Source of the DNA: Alphaproteobacteria bacterium
GTDB taxonomy: Bacteria > Pseudomonadota > Alphaproteobacteria > Rs-D84
NCBI GenBank assembly: GCA_016927735.1
Contig: JAFGMC010000006.1
Coordinates: forward strand, 116,026-180,025
Length of the DNA: 64,000 bases
Reading direction: 5' to 3'
In this document: in pieces, positions 63,610-64,000 of the stretch
How positions within the stretch are numbered: the first letter of the stretch is position 1
How the letters are laid out: each line of letters starts with the position of its first letter
Notes under the pieces: generated by a model
Told to the model about the DNA's origin: nothing
The model's database searches: none
Seen by the model: only the letters and a program-made list of their open reading frames with translations
Made by a program: the position numbers and the translations under genes

Positions 63610-63996
63610 TTATCTTTCTATACCAGAATTTTCCAATTCCAATAATCTATTTTTAATAATTGGACTTATATTATTAACATTTTTATTATCAAATTTATTA
63701 TCAAATTTATTATCAAAATAAAACCATGGAACAATTTCTCTTATTTTTTTAGAATTTGGTAAAACATAATTACCTGACTGTGTGAACAATTCAAACAATA
63801 GTGTTTCTGCTAATGCATATAAAATAATTTCATTTGTATTACGCAATAATTTGTTTTTGCCTGTTATATTAATTAGATTTTTATGTACACTATATAATAT
63901 ATCAAAATTATTTGCACCATTTTTATAAATTTCACGCCATTTTGAAATAAAATTAATATCTTCAATTTCAATTCTTGTAAAACTGTTGTTATACAA
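63610..63996 (-). CDS. Hypothetical protein (may extend beyond the window end)
   Basis: 128-aa ORF, Asn/Lys/Ile-rich, with no family recognised. It contains the in-frame DNKF DNKF DNK tandem repeat. Confidence 0.35.
   Translation of the reverse strand: MYNNSFTRIEIEDINFISKWREIYKNGANNFDILYSVHKNLINITGKNKLLRNTNEIILYALAETLLFELFTQSGNYVLPNSKKIREIVPWFYFDNKFDNKFDNKNVNNISPIIKNRLLELENSGIER
63683..63718. repeat. Tandem 12-nt repeat, three copies (TTATTATCAAAT x2 + TTATTATCAAAA)
   Basis: Read directly from the sequence. It is in frame (12 nt = 4 codons) within ORF 63610..63996. Confidence 0.8.
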
Positions 63997-64000
63997 AGAC

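Noticed and set aside
63683-63718. Tandem repeat considered as a CRISPR or a minisatellite array
   Set aside because: There are only three directly abutting 12-nt units with no spacers, and they lie inside an ORF. It is not a CRISPR.

Overview
Visibly AT-rich chromosomal segment. Gene content points to a host-associated, probably reduced-genome, alphaproteobacterium-like organism: the tRNA-Trp/secE/nusG arrangement, a UPF0335/DUF2312 protein, SPOR domains with a Cys pair, a short ValRS, and dispersed P-type type IV secretion (T4SS) parts as in Rickettsiales. I count about 55 protein genes and 3 tRNAs. I saw no rRNA, CRISPR array, transposase or integrase. The backbone is housekeeping: yidC, lspA, rsmA, recR, pyk, pyrG, truA, fmt, def, rmuC, gyrA, rpmH, valS, murG, ftsW, mraY, mrcA, rpmE, uvrD, dnaQ, rplU, rpmA. 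Content that is not ordinary: (1) a virB8-virB9-virB10 module at 1.0-5.5 kb. Its VirB9 carries a C-terminal SPOR domain, its VirB10 carries a roughly 190-aa Cys-rich tail, and no virB11/virD4 follows. (2) An array of five paralogous polytopic membrane proteins at 48.0-54.6 kb, VirB6/TrbL-like by architecture only. It is driven from a 53-bp divergent region whose two extended -10 boxes sit 7-8 nt from the start codons, which suggests leaderless mRNAs. (3) Two paralogous Cys-rich secreted proteins of about 700 aa bracket the rplU-rpmA operon. Both have Ser/Arg-rich N-termini, and one ends in a eukaryote-type GCC2/GCC3-like repeat. (4) Smaller oddities: a single in-frame TAA in comEC, a SuhB-like protein with degenerate metal-binding motifs, a 187-aa RND adaptor with no room for a hairpin, a rearranged dcw cluster with an opposite-strand orphan gene, and MliC and PagL-like genes. 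All functional calls come from by-eye motif and architecture recognition on the supplied ORF track. No searches or computations were run.
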